A stretch of DNA of 64,000 nt, taken from Oscillospiraceae bacterium. GTDB lineage: Bacteria > Bacillota > Clostridia > Oscillospirales > Oscillospiraceae. The notes below the pieces were generated by a model. The model was not told where the DNA came from, searched no databases, and was given only the letters and a program-made list of their open reading frames with translations. Shown one piece after another: positions 39,881-49,665 of this stretch (positions are counted from its first letter, which is position 1; each line of letters begins with the position of its first letter). Location: contig JAZUFG010000114.1 of assembly GCA_045640565.1 (NCBI GenBank), positions 1,846 to 65,845 of the forward strand, written 5' to 3'. Both the position numbers and the translations under genes were made by a program.

Positions 39881-40200
39881 GAAAAACCGGAAAACCGCCC
39901 CTTTGAAAAGAGGGGTATTCTCCAAAAGGTTGGGTTTGAGAGTCTATATAGCAAAGATTACTTTTACTACTCTTATTGACCATTTCACAAGTTTGTGCAG
40001 GATTGCACGTGGTTTATAGTGACCAACTTATAAAACTTGAGCTTCGAACTCAATCAATAAGGCAACAGAAGTTGCCGCCGCACCTGCGGCTATCGGCATT
40101 CGACCCGGCTGTCCGTGTGGCCTCAGCCCTCAAAGACGGGGGCGGTCGGAATATCTTGCTTTGGAAAAGACTCAAAAACTTTTTCCAATTGAGATGCCTT
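39881..40200 (-). promoter_or_regulatory. long structured 5' leader of the pot operon (candidate cis-regulatory RNA, class unknown)
   Basis: About 310 nt between the predicted TSS and the attenuator. Multiple perfect local hairpins and one 8-nt long-range complementarity. No convincing ORF with an SD. Confidence 0.45.
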
Positions 40201-40230
40201 ATTCTAACAGCAAAACCTTGAAAAAGTCAA
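40201..40230 (-). promoter_or_regulatory. sigma-A type promoter of the pot leader
   Basis: Minus strand: TTGACT (40225-40230), 18-nt spacer, TAGAAT (40201-40206). Confidence 0.55.
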
Positions 40231-40240
40231 TGCTTTTTTG

Positions 40241-40280
40241 AAAAAAATTTCGGAGGAAAGCCCGATGGGATTTCCTCCGA
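40241..40280 (-). terminator. rho-independent terminator after the ClpE-like gene
   Basis: 10-bp stem TCGGAGGAAA/TTTCCTCCGA followed by AATTTTTTT on the minus strand. Confidence 0.75.
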
Positions 40281-40287
40281 AAACGTT

Positions 40288-42585
40288 TTATTCTGCCTTG
40301 AGGGAAAGCGTGTCGCCTTCGGCGGAGAGGGAGATCGCCGAGATGGGGTGCTCAAAGGCATCCATGAGTTTCTCGGCAACGGGATCCTCCACTTCGCGCT
40401 GAATAAGGCGGCGGAGTTCCCGAGCACCGGCAGCCACGGAATAGGACTTCTTTGCCAGGTAATCCAAGGCAGAGGGCTCCCAGAGGAGGGAAATGCTTCG
40501 CTCCGCCAGGACCTTCTTCAAATCTCCCAGCATAATGGCGGCGATACCCCGGAAATCTTCCTCCGAGAGGCGGTTGAAGCAGATGATCTCATCCACCCTG
40601 CCCAGGAATTCGGGACGGAGGAATTCCCGGAGGGCCTTCATAACAGTCTCCCGGGTCTGGTCCGTGAGGCTCTTGCCGAAACCGACGGAGGCCTCCCGGC
40701 GGTCGCTGCCGGCATTGGAGGTCATAATGATAACCGTATTCTGGAAATTGACCAGGCGGCCCTGGGCGTCCGTGAGATAGCCGTCATCCAGGACCTGAAG
40801 AAGAAGGTTCATCACATCCGGGTGCGCTTTTTCGATCTCATCAAAGAGGATGATGCTGTAGGGTTTTCTGCGGATCTTCTCCGTGAGCTGGCCTGCCTCG
40901 TCAAAGCCCACATAGCCCGGAGGAGAGCCGATCAGCTTGGAAACTGAATGCTTCTCCATATACTCGGACATATCCAGGCGTACCAGGGAATCCACAGAAT
41001 CAAAAAGCTCTGCGGCGAGGCACTTCACCAGCTCCGTCTTGCCCACACCGGTGGAGCCCACGAAAATAAAGGAGCAGGGGTGCTTTTTAACGGAAATGCC
41101 CACCCGGTTTCTCCGGATCGCCCGAGAAACGGCGGCAATCGCCTCATCCTGGCCTACGATGCGTCCGCGAAGCCGTTCCTCCAGAGTGCGGAGCTGTTCA
41201 TACTCCCGGGCCTTGATTTTGCTTGCGGGGATCTTCGTCCACATTTCCACCACCTTGGCCAGGTTTTCCAGGGTCAGAGCTGGCTTCGGCAGAGCGCGAA
41301 GATTCTCCAGTTCCCCATCCAGAGTTATCATCTGGCTGCGGAGGGTGGCGATACGCTCATAATCCGGGCTTTCCTGCTCCTCCTGGAGAAGATCAAACTC
41401 CAGCTGGAGGTCCGCACGGTCCTTTTCCAGGGCAGCCAGGCGGTTGATCTGCTCGCTGTGGAGATTCAGATCCGAACAAGCCTCGTCCAAAAGGTCAATG
41501 GCCTTATCCGGCAGGAAACGGTCCGTGATATAGCGTTCGGAGAGGATAACGGCCTCCCGGGCGATCTCCGGGGAGACCGTAACTCCGTGATAGTCTTCGT
41601 AATAATGGGCAATACCATTCAGAATGGCGATGGCTTCCTCCAGAGAAGGCTCGCTGACTGTGACAGGCTGGAAGCGGCGCTCCAGAGCTGCATCCTTTTC
41701 GATATACTTCCGGTATTCCTTGAAAGTAGTGGCGCCGATGACCTGGACCTCTCCCCGAGAGAGGGCGGGCTTGAGAATATTAGCGGCGTTCATGGAGCCT
41801 TCCGCATCCCCTGCTCCCACCAAATTGTGGACTTCATCGATGACCAAAATGACATTACCCAGAGCTTTGATCTCCCCGATCAGGTTCTTCATGCGGCTCT
41901 CAAACTGGCCCCGGAACTGCGTTCCGGCCACCATGGCCGTCATATCCAGAAGATAAACCTGCTTATCCTTCAGCTTTTCGGGGACCTCACCCGCCACAAT
42001 GCGCTGCGCCAGACCCTCGGCGATGGCAGTCTTGCCCACGCCGGGTTCCCCGATGAGACAGGGATTGTTCTTCTGGCGGCGGCCCAGGATCTGGACCACA
42101 CGCTCGGTTTCCACTTCCCTGCCGATGACAGCATCCAGCTTGCCCTCCCGGGCCCGGGCAGTGAGATTCAGGCAGAAGGAATCCAGGAACTTGTGCTTTT
42201 TCTCCTTGCCTCTGGCAACGCTGTCCTTGCTGCCCTTTTCCTCCGCTGCCTTTTCGGCCGGGAGCTTTTCTTCCCTATTCTCCCCTTCCCGGGATTCCAG
42301 GGAACCGAAGAGGCGATTCAGGAAGGGGAAGGTCGCAGTGCGGCCCTCGCTGTCCTCATCCTCTTCCTCGGCAGGGTTGAGCATGTCTTCCATCTCGTCA
42401 GACATGGTCTGGAGGTCCTCCTCCGAGATGCCCATACGCTTCACGATATCCTCCACCTGAGGAATGCCCAGTTCTCTGGCGCATTTAAAGCAATAGCCTT
42501 CATTGGTGGATTTGCCGTTTTCCAGCTTGGTGATGAAAATGACGGCAACATTCTTTTTACATTTTGAGCAAAGGGGTGGCTTCAT
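40288..42585 (-). CDS. clpE: Clp/Hsp100 AAA+ ATPase with N-terminal zinc ribbon (ClpE-like)
   Basis: CSKC-x22-CFKC at residues 6-35. Two AAA+ modules (GEPGVGKT and GSTGVGKT). A VGF ClpP-docking tripeptide. No Clp_N repeats. Confidence 0.8.
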   Translation of the reverse strand: MKPPLCSKCKKNVAVIFITKLENGKSTNEGYCFKCARELGIPQVEDIVKRMGISEEDLQTMSDEMEDMLNPAEEEDEDSEGRTATFPFLNRLFGSLESREGENREEKLPAEKAAEEKGSKDSVARGKEKKHKFLDSFCLNLTARAREGKLDAVIGREVETERVVQILGRRQKNNPCLIGEPGVGKTAIAEGLAQRIVAGEVPEKLKDKQVYLLDMTAMVAGTQFRGQFESRMKNLIGEIKALGNVILVIDEVHNLVGAGDAEGSMNAANILKPALSRGEVQVIGATTFKEYRKYIEKDAALERRFQPVTVSEPSLEEAIAILNGIAHYYEDYHGVTVSPEIAREAVILSERYITDRFLPDKAIDLLDEACSDLNLHSEQINRLAALEKDRADLQLEFDLLQEEQESPDYERIATLRSQMITLDGELENLRALPKPALTLENLAKVVEMWTKIPASKIKAREYEQLRTLEERLRGRIVGQDEAIAAVSRAIRRNRVGISVKKHPCSFIFVGSTGVGKTELVKCLAAELFDSVDSLVRLDMSEYMEKHSVSKLIGSPPGYVGFDEAGQLTEKIRRKPYSIILFDEIEKAHPDVMNLLLQVLDDGYLTDAQGRLVNFQNTVIIMTSNAGSDRREASVGFGKSLTDQTRETVMKALREFLRPEFLGRVDEIICFNRLSEEDFRGIAAIMLGDLKKVLAERSISLLWEPSALDYLAKKSYSVAAGARELRRLIQREVEDPVAEKLMDAFEHPISAISLSAEGDTLSLKAE

Positions 42586-42636
42586 ATTACGGTCTCCTAT
42601 ATAAGGAATTAAAAGTAAAAGTTAAAAAACTGCGTT

Positions 42637-43452
42637 TCAGCCCTCGAAGAATTCTATCCGGGAGCTCAGATCCGAGGGCTCCAGCCGGCTTCTGACGGAA
42701 AAGGATCTTTCCCCGTCTTCATACCAAAGGCCGGTCATATAAAGGCCTCCGGGAGGCACTGTGGGCCCCGCAGCGGTGCGGTTTCCTTTCTCCAGAATAG
42801 CGGTGATCTCCGAAGGGAGAATCTTCCCCTCTGAAACATAGACCAGGGTGCCGACCATGGCCCGAGCCATATTATAGAGGAAGCCGTTGGCCGAAACCCG
42901 CAGGACCAGGAGCTCTCCGCTCCGTTCCACCTCGCAGGAAAAGACCCGGCGGACCGTGGACTTCACATCCGTTCCGAGACTGCGCATGGCAGCAAAATCG
43001 TGGGTCCCCAAGAATTGAGCGGCCGCTTCTGCCATAAGCTTTTCATCCAGGGGGGCGGGAACCTGCCAGGCCCGGTTGATATAAAAGGGGTCCCGAACCC
43101 GGGAATTGTGGATGAGATAGCTGTATTCCTTGCGGACACATGAGCCGATGGCATTAAAGTTCTCCGAAACTTCAAAAGCCCGGACCACGGCAATATCGTT
43201 GGGCAAATGGGTATTCATGGCATAGGGGATGCGGTCTGTGGGGATCCGGGACTCCGTGCGGAAATTGGCAAGATAACAGCGTGCGTGGACTCCCGCATCC
43301 GTTCTGCCGCAGCCGGTAAGCTTGCAGGGCTCTCCCGTCAGCATGGAGATAGCCCGCTCCAGGGTGGCCTGGACCGTGATCTCCGTCTTTTGCGTCTGAA
43401 AGCCATGGTAGGCGGAGCCTTCATATTTCAGAATTAAAGCAATATTTCTCAT
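42637..43452 (-). CDS. truA: tRNA pseudouridine(38-40) synthase
   Basis: MRNIALILKYEGSAYHGFQ and the catalytic GRTDAGVHA. ATG at 43452; a TTG at 43461 is an alternative start. Confidence 0.9.
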   Translation of the reverse strand: MRNIALILKYEGSAYHGFQTQKTEITVQATLERAISMLTGEPCKLTGCGRTDAGVHARCYLANFRTESRIPTDRIPYAMNTHLPNDIAVVRAFEVSENFNAIGSCVRKEYSYLIHNSRVRDPFYINRAWQVPAPLDEKLMAEAAAQFLGTHDFAAMRSLGTDVKSTVRRVFSCEVERSGELLVLRVSANGFLYNMARAMVGTLVYVSEGKILPSEITAILEKGNRTAAGPTVPPGGLYMTGLWYEDGERSFSVRSRLEPSDLSSRIEFFEG

Positions 43453-43549
43453 AGCAGACAATTGATAACGGATCCTTCATCCGCTGCGGCAGGAGAAGCC
43501 TCCGGCGCGCTGCGACGGTTCTTTCAGACGGGAACACAGGGTGGAACTT

Positions 43550-44347
43550 CTATATCCGATTCAGGAGGATGACGGCCGCCAGAAGGGCCGCTCCCAGGCA
43601 GAGAGCAAAGGCGTCTCCCGCCTTCATATGGAGTGTCTTCATTCGGGTCCTCCCCTCGCCTCCGTGGTAGCAGCGGCATTCCATGGCCGTGGCCAGTTCG
43701 TCAGCCCGGCGGAAGGCGGAAAGAAAGAGAGGTACCAGGACCGGGATCAGGGCCTTGGCCCGATGGGTCAGACTGCCGGTTTCAAAGTCCGCGCCTCTGG
43801 CCTTCTGTGCGGAAATGATCTTATCCGTTTCCTCAATGAGAGTGGGAATAAAGCGAAGGGCAATGCAGATCATCATGGAAAGCTCATGGACCGGGAATTT
43901 CAGCTTTTTCAAGGGATTCAGCAGGCACTCCATGCCATCCGTCAGAGCTATGGGCGAGGTGGTATAGGTCAAAAGGAAGGTCCCCATGACCAGAAAAATG
44001 ATTCTGGTAACCATAAAGAAGGCCGTGCGAAGTCCCTCTTTGGTCACACGGAAGATCCACCAAGACCAAAGCTCTTCTCCTGGGGTATAAAAGGCATTCA
44101 GAACACCGGTCAGAACGATGATGATGATCAGAGGCTTCAGGCCCTTCAGAAGGGCCTTCAGCTTGATTCTGGACAGGAGAATGGCCGAAACCAGAAAGGC
44201 AAAAACGATGCCATAAGAGAGATAACCCTTTGCCAGGAAAAGAACAACGATATAAAGAATGGTCAAAAGGAGCTTTGTCCGGGGGTCCAGGCGATGGACG
44301 GGAGTAGTTCCGGGGAAAAACTGGCCCAGAGTGATATCCTTCAGCAT
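43550..44347 (-). CDS. ecfT: ECF transporter transmembrane component
   Basis: HRLDPRTKL N-terminus and the ARG motifs (AQKARGAD). 265 aa. Confidence 0.9.
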   Translation of the reverse strand: MLKDITLGQFFPGTTPVHRLDPRTKLLLTILYIVVLFLAKGYLSYGIVFAFLVSAILLSRIKLKALLKGLKPLIIIIVLTGVLNAFYTPGEELWSWWIFRVTKEGLRTAFFMVTRIIFLVMGTFLLTYTTSPIALTDGMECLLNPLKKLKFPVHELSMMICIALRFIPTLIEETDKIISAQKARGADFETGSLTHRAKALIPVLVPLFLSAFRRADELATAMECRCYHGGEGRTRMKTLHMKAGDAFALCLGAALLAAVILLNRI

Positions 44348-45258
44348 AGGACATCCTCCTTTCCGGACGGGGCGGCGGCAAAAGCAGGGCTTTTCCCACC
44401 CTCGGGGCTGTCCTTCAGGGCGAGAAGGGCTGCTGCTGCCTGCTCCACGGTATACACAGAGGGATCCACAGGGAGGCCCAGCTCCTTCAAGCGAAGAAAG
44501 AGGCGGGTGATCTCCGGGATATCCAGGCCGATTTCGGCCAATTCCCGGGCATGGGCAAAGACCTGGCCGGGACTTCCCTGTAAAAAGGCTTCCCCGTGAT
44601 TCAGGACCAGAATACGGTCTGCATAGCGGGCAATCTGCCCCATGTCATGGGAAACGATCACCATGGCACAGCCGGACTCTTGCCGGTAAGTATCCAGATT
44701 CTTCATGATATCGGCAGAGCCCGCAGGGTCCAGGCCCGCTGTCGGTTCATCCAGAACCAGAACCTCCGGTTCCATAGCCAGGACACCCGCAATGGCTGCC
44801 CGGCGTTTCAGACCGCCGGAGAGGTCAAAGGGAGACATGGAGAGCATATCAGATCCGAGCCCCACCAGGGAGGCGGCATGCCGCACCCGGCGCTCAACTT
44901 CCTCCCGGGACAGGCCCATGTTTCCGGGGCCGTAGGCAATATCCTGAAAAACCGTTTCTTCAAAAAGCTGATATTCCGGATACTGGAAAACAAGGCCCAC
45001 ATGTGAGCGGGCTTCCTTACGGACGGCAGCACTCTCGTTGATATCCTTCCCGTGAAGGAGGACCTTGCCGGAGCTGGGAAGCAGAAGCCCGTTCAAATGT
45101 TGGATGAGGGTGGACTTTCCGGATCCGGTATGGCCGATCAAACCCAGACATTCCCCCGGGAAGACTTTCATATTCAATTTCCGAATGGCGGTATGCTCAA
45201 AAGGAGTTCCCACGGAATAGACATGTGTCAGATCCAGGGTGGAAAGAATGGGATTCAT
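44341..45258 (-). CDS. ecfA2: ECF transporter ATPase (A2)
   Basis: Walker A GHTGSGKST, LSGGLKRR, VLDEPTAGLD. ATG at 45258; the track start at 45264 is a TTG. Confidence 0.9.
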   Translation of the reverse strand: MNPILSTLDLTHVYSVGTPFEHTAIRKLNMKVFPGECLGLIGHTGSGKSTLIQHLNGLLLPSSGKVLLHGKDINESAAVRKEARSHVGLVFQYPEYQLFEETVFQDIAYGPGNMGLSREEVERRVRHAASLVGLGSDMLSMSPFDLSGGLKRRAAIAGVLAMEPEVLVLDEPTAGLDPAGSADIMKNLDTYRQESGCAMVIVSHDMGQIARYADRILVLNHGEAFLQGSPGQVFAHARELAEIGLDIPEITRLFLRLKELGLPVDPSVYTVEQAAAALLALKDSPEGGKSPAFAAAPSGKEDVLC

Positions 45259-45317
45259 GGGCAAGTATTCCTATCAAAAAAGCATAAAAGGGGCCTGACA
45301 GTCCCCCTCGCGAAGGG

Positions 45318-46160
45318 TTATTTTCCGAACTGCTTTCTCAAAAGCGCAGCGCAGTCCTCCTCGCTCAGGGCATCCAGGGGAAGGGATTCCCCCGCCTGAT
45401 TGAGGGCATAAAGAAGCGCCACCGTATCCGGGACTTCCAGGCCCAGGCTGCGGAGCAATTCCACTTCTGAAAAAACCTTTTTAGGGCTGCCGTCCAGAGC
45501 AATTTTCCCCTTGTTCATAACAAGGACCCGCTCTGCCTCAGCGGCCTCTTCCATGTGATGCGTGATCAGGACCACCGTGATTCCCTTCCGGTGAAGGGTA
45601 TGCAGGATGGTCATAATATCATGCCGGCCCTGGGGATCCAGCATGGCCGTTGGCTCATCCAGAACAATACAGCGGGGCTGCATAGCCAAAACGCCCGCAA
45701 TCGCCACCCGCTGTTTTTGTCCGCCGGACAGAAGATGTGGCGCATGCTCCCGGTATTCCTCCATTCCCACCAGCTTCAGGGCTTCATCAACACGCCTGCA
45801 GATCTCTTCGGAGGGGACACCGAGATTCTCCGGGGCGAAGGCCACATCCTCCTCAACCAAATTGGCAACAATCTGGTTGTCCGGGTTCTGGAATACCATT
45901 CCGCAGGCCTTTCGGATCTGAAAGAGCATATCCTCATCTCGGGTATCCATCCCGTAAACACAGACGCTGCCTCCGCTAGGCAGGAGAATGGCATTCATCT
46001 GCCGGGCTAATGTGGATTTTCCGCACCCGTTGTGGCCGAGGATGGCGGTAAAACTCCCCTCTTCAATCTTCAGATTCAAATCCGAAAAGAGCTCGGGATA
46101 GGTCCTATGCTCATCCGATGGATAGGAAAAAGTCAGATTGTGAAGGCTGATTGCTTCCAT
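45318..46160 (-). CDS. ecfA1: ECF transporter ATPase (A1)
   Basis: Walker A GHNGCGKST, LSGGQKQR, VLDEPTAMLD. Confidence 0.9.
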   Translation of the reverse strand: MEAISLHNLTFSYPSDEHRTYPELFSDLNLKIEEGSFTAILGHNGCGKSTLARQMNAILLPSGGSVCVYGMDTRDEDMLFQIRKACGMVFQNPDNQIVANLVEEDVAFAPENLGVPSEEICRRVDEALKLVGMEEYREHAPHLLSGGQKQRVAIAGVLAMQPRCIVLDEPTAMLDPQGRHDIMTILHTLHRKGITVVLITHHMEEAAEAERVLVMNKGKIALDGSPKKVFSEVELLRSLGLEVPDTVALLYALNQAGESLPLDALSEEDCAALLRKQFGK

Positions 46161-46169
46161 ACTTCCTCC

Positions 46170-47036
46170 TCAGGGTTTCGCCAGCCAACGCCCCGTTGCC
46201 CCACAGGGCAGCGTGAGACCGGAATCCCGGACGGGAAGCCCCAGTTCATCTGAGAAGCTTTTCCCACCGAACTTTTTGCTGAATATGGATTCCATAATAT
46301 AGCTGAGCACCGACGGAGCAAGCCCCGTGGTATAGGAATTGATAATCACGAAAAGGGGCTTGTCCGAAAGGACCTTGGACACCAGCTCCACAAAGGGATA
46401 GAGATTCTCCTCCAGCTTCCAGATCTCACCGGAAGGTCCGCGCCCGTAGGAGGGCGGATCCATGATAATGGCATCATAGCGGCGTCCGCGGCGGATCTCC
46501 CGCTCCACAAATTTGCTGCAGTCATCCACGATCCACCGGATCGGTGCGTTTTCAAGACCGCTGGATTTTGCATTTTCCTTGGCCCAGGCCACCATACCCT
46601 TCGCTGCATCCACATGGCACACAGAGGCACCCGCGGAGGCAGCCGCCACTGTGGCCGCTCCTGTGTAGGCAAAGAGATTCAGAACGGAAATCTCTCTCCC
46701 TGCCTTTTTGATCTCTTCCCGGATAAAGTCCCAATTGGCAGCCTGTTCCGGAAAAATACCGGTATGCTTAAAGTTCATGGGCTTTACATTGAAAGTCAGA
46801 TCCCGATAGCGGACCGTCCAATGCTCCGGCAGATGTTTCCGCTCCCAGCTGCCGCCGCCTGTGGAAGAACGGGAATAGCAGGCGTCATAACGCCGCCAAA
46901 GGGGATTTGTTTTCTCTGTCGTCCAAATCACCTGGGGATCCGGGCGGATCAGGATATAATTCCCCCACCGTTCCAGCTTTTCGCCGGAAGATGTATCCAG
47001 AATCTCATAATCCTCCCAGTTTTCCGCTCTCCACAT
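46170..47036 (-). CDS. class I SAM-dependent (rRNA large-subunit-type) methyltransferase
   Basis: Motif I LNLFAYTGAATVAAA and a DPPSYG motif. Co-oriented and tightly spaced with ecfA1. Confidence 0.7.
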   Translation of the reverse strand: MWRAENWEDYEILDTSSGEKLERWGNYILIRPDPQVIWTTEKTNPLWRRYDACYSRSSTGGGSWERKHLPEHWTVRYRDLTFNVKPMNFKHTGIFPEQAANWDFIREEIKKAGREISVLNLFAYTGAATVAAASAGASVCHVDAAKGMVAWAKENAKSSGLENAPIRWIVDDCSKFVEREIRRGRRYDAIIMDPPSYGRGPSGEIWKLEENLYPFVELVSKVLSDKPLFVIINSYTTGLAPSVLSYIMESIFSKKFGGKSFSDELGLPVRDSGLTLPCGATGRWLAKP

Positions 47037-47050
47037 AGTCTCTTTCTCCG

Positions 47051-49465
47051 TTAATTATTCTTCTTTTTTTCCTCTTCTTCCAGCTTCTCCAACTCTTCCT
47101 CGATGAGTTCATCCAGGGTCTTCGGCTTTACCGTTTCCGTGTGGATGGGACAATCCTGGTCATAACGGGTCGTTGAGGGACTGGAAGCCTTATAATAGCC
47201 CTCCGGCTGATTGGTAATGAAATTATATTCTTCGTCCTGAACGGTAACGCCTTCCTTCAGGAACTTTCTCGTCACATTGAGGAGGCCCAAATTTCTCAGG
47301 GAATAGGGCGCCTTCTCGTAGCAATAGGAGGTGGCACGAAGCCCGGACTCGCCGCAAAGCGTTACCATCTTGTGGCAATCGCATTCTTCCGTCGGCACAT
47401 CTTCCAGGCAAAGATACGCCGTGACCTCCCGATCCCCTCTCGGATCCGCATGGCAGGCATCCGTGCAGAGCTTGCCGCTGTCGCGGCAGAAACTGCACTC
47501 CACCAAATTACTTGGCTTATCAAAATCTTCATAGCTAAGGCCGGAGTGGATCTCTGCCATAATATCATGCCAGATATGGACGGCAATGCTGCCCTCGCCG
47601 TCAACCCGCTCAATGGATTCAGGGGTATCATAGCCCACCCAGCAGAGGGCGGTGTAATAGGGCGTATAGCCTCCGAACCAGCTATCGCAATCGTCATCCG
47701 TGGTACCGGTCTTTCCCGCCACGGGCATATTATCCAAAGCTGCCCCGGTCCCGGTTCCGGTGAGAACCGTCTCCTCCATCATTTCCGTCAGATAGTAGGC
47801 ATTCTTTGCGCTGAGGGCTCTGTTGTCCTCCTGCTCGTTGTAAAGAAGGACATTCCCTTCCTCATCCGTAATCTTTGTATAGGTTCTGCCGGTACGGTAA
47901 ACGCCGTCATTGGCAAAAGCCGCATAGGCCTCCGTCAATTCCTTCAGCGTACAGCCGTATGCCAGGCTGCCCATGCCCATGCCCCAGGACGTCAGGTCCG
48001 TGAGATTATCCCTGTTTTCCACAAAGGTGGAAATATGCAGGTTATCTCTGGCATATTCAAAGCAGGTCCTTGCCGTCATGGTGTCCACCAGGGAAACAGA
48101 TATGGTGTTCAAGGACTTGGCAACCGCTTCCTTCATGTTTACAAGGCCGCGGTAGATGCCGTCAATATTGGGAGGCCAGCAAGCCGTATCCGTGAAACGG
48201 GAAGGCACATCATCCATCGTGCTGATGGGGGTGATCAACCCCTCATTCAAAGCAGCGGCATAAACGGTAACAGGCTTGAGCACAGAGCCCGGCTCCAGCT
48301 TGCTCTGGGTTGCACGGTTCCAAACCAGGCTTCCTTCCTTTTTGCCGGTACCGCCAATAACGCCCACGATATCTCCGCTCTCATTATCGATCACCATCAT
48401 GGCGCTCTGCAATTGCTGGGCACTCTTTGTGGCGGGGAAGTTTTCCTCATCCGTGTACTGTTTTTCCAAAAGGTTCTGAATTTCCGTGTTCACAGTCGCA
48501 TAAATTCTGTAACCGCCGGAGGTCAGCATTCTGTTGGCTTCCTGATAGGAAAGATTATAGGTTTCCTCCAAATCGGAGATCACCTCACGGACGACCTCAT
48601 CCACAAAGTAGGAATAGATTCCATACTCGCCTTCCGATCTTGTCCCCTCGGCAGATGAAGTGAAAACTAACTCCTGATTCTTCGCGGCTATCATCTCTTC
48701 CTCCGAGATATAGCCCTGGTCGCACATGGCCTGAAGAATGATCCTTTCTCTCTTTTTGTTGTTTTCAGGAAAAACATAAGGATCATAGAGGGACGGGTTA
48801 TTGGTAATACCGATCAGGCTGGCGCACTCTGCCAGAGATAATTCGGACACGTCCTTTCCGAAATAGTGCCGTGATGCGCTCTGGACACCGTACTTTCCTT
48901 CGCCCAGATAGATGGTGTTGAAATACATTTCCAGAATATCGGACTTTTCATAATCCTCTTCCAAGCGGAGAGCGCGATACATTTCCGTCAGTTTTCTATG
49001 GACGGTGACATCGTTTTCACCGGTCAGATTCTTCACCAACTGCTGAGTGATTGTGGATCCGCCAAAAGAGGACTTTCCGATAAACATACTGGCGCAGGCC
49101 TTGATCGTCCGAAGCCAGTCAATGCCCTCATGGTCAAAGAAACGCTTATCCTCGATGGAAACGCAGGCGAAAGACAGCTCGTTGGGAATATCCGAATAGT
49201 CCACCCATTCCCGGTCTTCACTGGCATAGAGGCGCTGAATTTCTTCCCACTCACCGGTTTTTTTATTCTCTGCGAGAATAATGGATGTTTTGGAAAGATC
49301 GTAATCCTCCAAAACCAGGGTATCCTGGGACTTTACATCCGTCCGGACCCAGTTATAAAAATAGACGGCAAAAAGGATAAAAGCTACTGCGCAGACAAGG
49401 ATAGCAGTACCCAAAACTGCGAAGAATTTCCCCGCAAAGGTTTTTTTCTTACGTTTGTTTTCCAT
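47051..49465 (-). CDS. bifunctional class A penicillin-binding protein (transglycosylase/transpeptidase)
   Basis: GT51 motifs EDKRFFDHEGID and GGSTITQQ. Transpeptidase SVLKP and KTGTT. N-terminal TM anchor. ATG at 49465 is 6 nt after GGAGGG. Confidence 0.9.
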   Translation of the reverse strand: MENKRKKKTFAGKFFAVLGTAILVCAVAFILFAVYFYNWVRTDVKSQDTLVLEDYDLSKTSIILAENKKTGEWEEIQRLYASEDREWVDYSDIPNELSFACVSIEDKRFFDHEGIDWLRTIKACASMFIGKSSFGGSTITQQLVKNLTGENDVTVHRKLTEMYRALRLEEDYEKSDILEMYFNTIYLGEGKYGVQSASRHYFGKDVSELSLAECASLIGITNNPSLYDPYVFPENNKKRERIILQAMCDQGYISEEEMIAAKNQELVFTSSAEGTRSEGEYGIYSYFVDEVVREVISDLEETYNLSYQEANRMLTSGGYRIYATVNTEIQNLLEKQYTDEENFPATKSAQQLQSAMMVIDNESGDIVGVIGGTGKKEGSLVWNRATQSKLEPGSVLKPVTVYAAALNEGLITPISTMDDVPSRFTDTACWPPNIDGIYRGLVNMKEAVAKSLNTISVSLVDTMTARTCFEYARDNLHISTFVENRDNLTDLTSWGMGMGSLAYGCTLKELTEAYAAFANDGVYRTGRTYTKITDEEGNVLLYNEQEDNRALSAKNAYYLTEMMEETVLTGTGTGAALDNMPVAGKTGTTDDDCDSWFGGYTPYYTALCWVGYDTPESIERVDGEGSIAVHIWHDIMAEIHSGLSYEDFDKPSNLVECSFCRDSGKLCTDACHADPRGDREVTAYLCLEDVPTEECDCHKMVTLCGESGLRATSYCYEKAPYSLRNLGLLNVTRKFLKEGVTVQDEEYNFITNQPEGYYKASSPSTTRYDQDCPIHTETVKPKTLDELIEEELEKLEEEEKKKNN

Positions 49466-49607
49466 CACGGACCCTCCAAACAAAGCAATAACTAGGGAGT
49501 GTATACAACTTCAATTTTATATTATAGCACTTCTGTCAAGAATTCTTCAAGGTTCGGACAAAGGAATTCAAGGCTGCAGCGAAAGTATCCCCGGAAAGCT
49601 ATTTCCC

Positions 49608-49636
49608 TTGCGATTTTCCTGCAGAACTGCTATACT
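49608..49636 (+). promoter_or_regulatory. sigma-A type promoter
   Basis: TTGCGA (49608-49613), 17-nt spacer, TATACT (49631-49636). Confidence 0.55.
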
Positions 49637-49665
49637 GCTATTTGAAAACAAGGAGGACTAAAACG

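Noticed and set aside
39796-39954. In-frame upstream extension of potA (the track ORF starts at TTG 39954).
   Set aside because: The extension runs through the leader terminator hairpin and has no SD. The canonical PotA N-terminus ([16 protein letters not shown]) starts at ATG 39795 with a good SD.
40040-40150. Possible match of the pot leader to ydaO (c-di-AMP) or ykkC (guanidine) riboswitches, based on CGAAUGCCGAUAGC and ACACGGACAGCCGGG.
   Set aside because: The other invariant blocks I remember for these classes are absent: GGGGA.CCCA and GGGGUGAAUC for ydaO, and CUAGGGUUCCG and GGUCCGAGAG for ykkC. The resemblance is too short to call without a covariance-model scan.
39873-40221. Small ORFs in the pot leader: a 36-codon minus-strand uORF (39873-39983) and an 81-aa plus-strand ORF (39976-40221).
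   Set aside because: Neither has a Shine-Dalgarno sequence. The plus ORF starts with a non-ATG codon and is antisense to the predicted leader RNA. The uORF is kept only as a mechanistic possibility in the leader finding.
45265-45317. GGGG(N9)CCCC hairpin followed by TTTTATGCTTTTTT between ecfA1 and ecfA2, as an internal terminator.
   Set aside because: The stem is only 4-5 bp with an irregular loop. The ecfA1-ecfA2-ecfT genes are normally co-transcribed. It is too weak to call.
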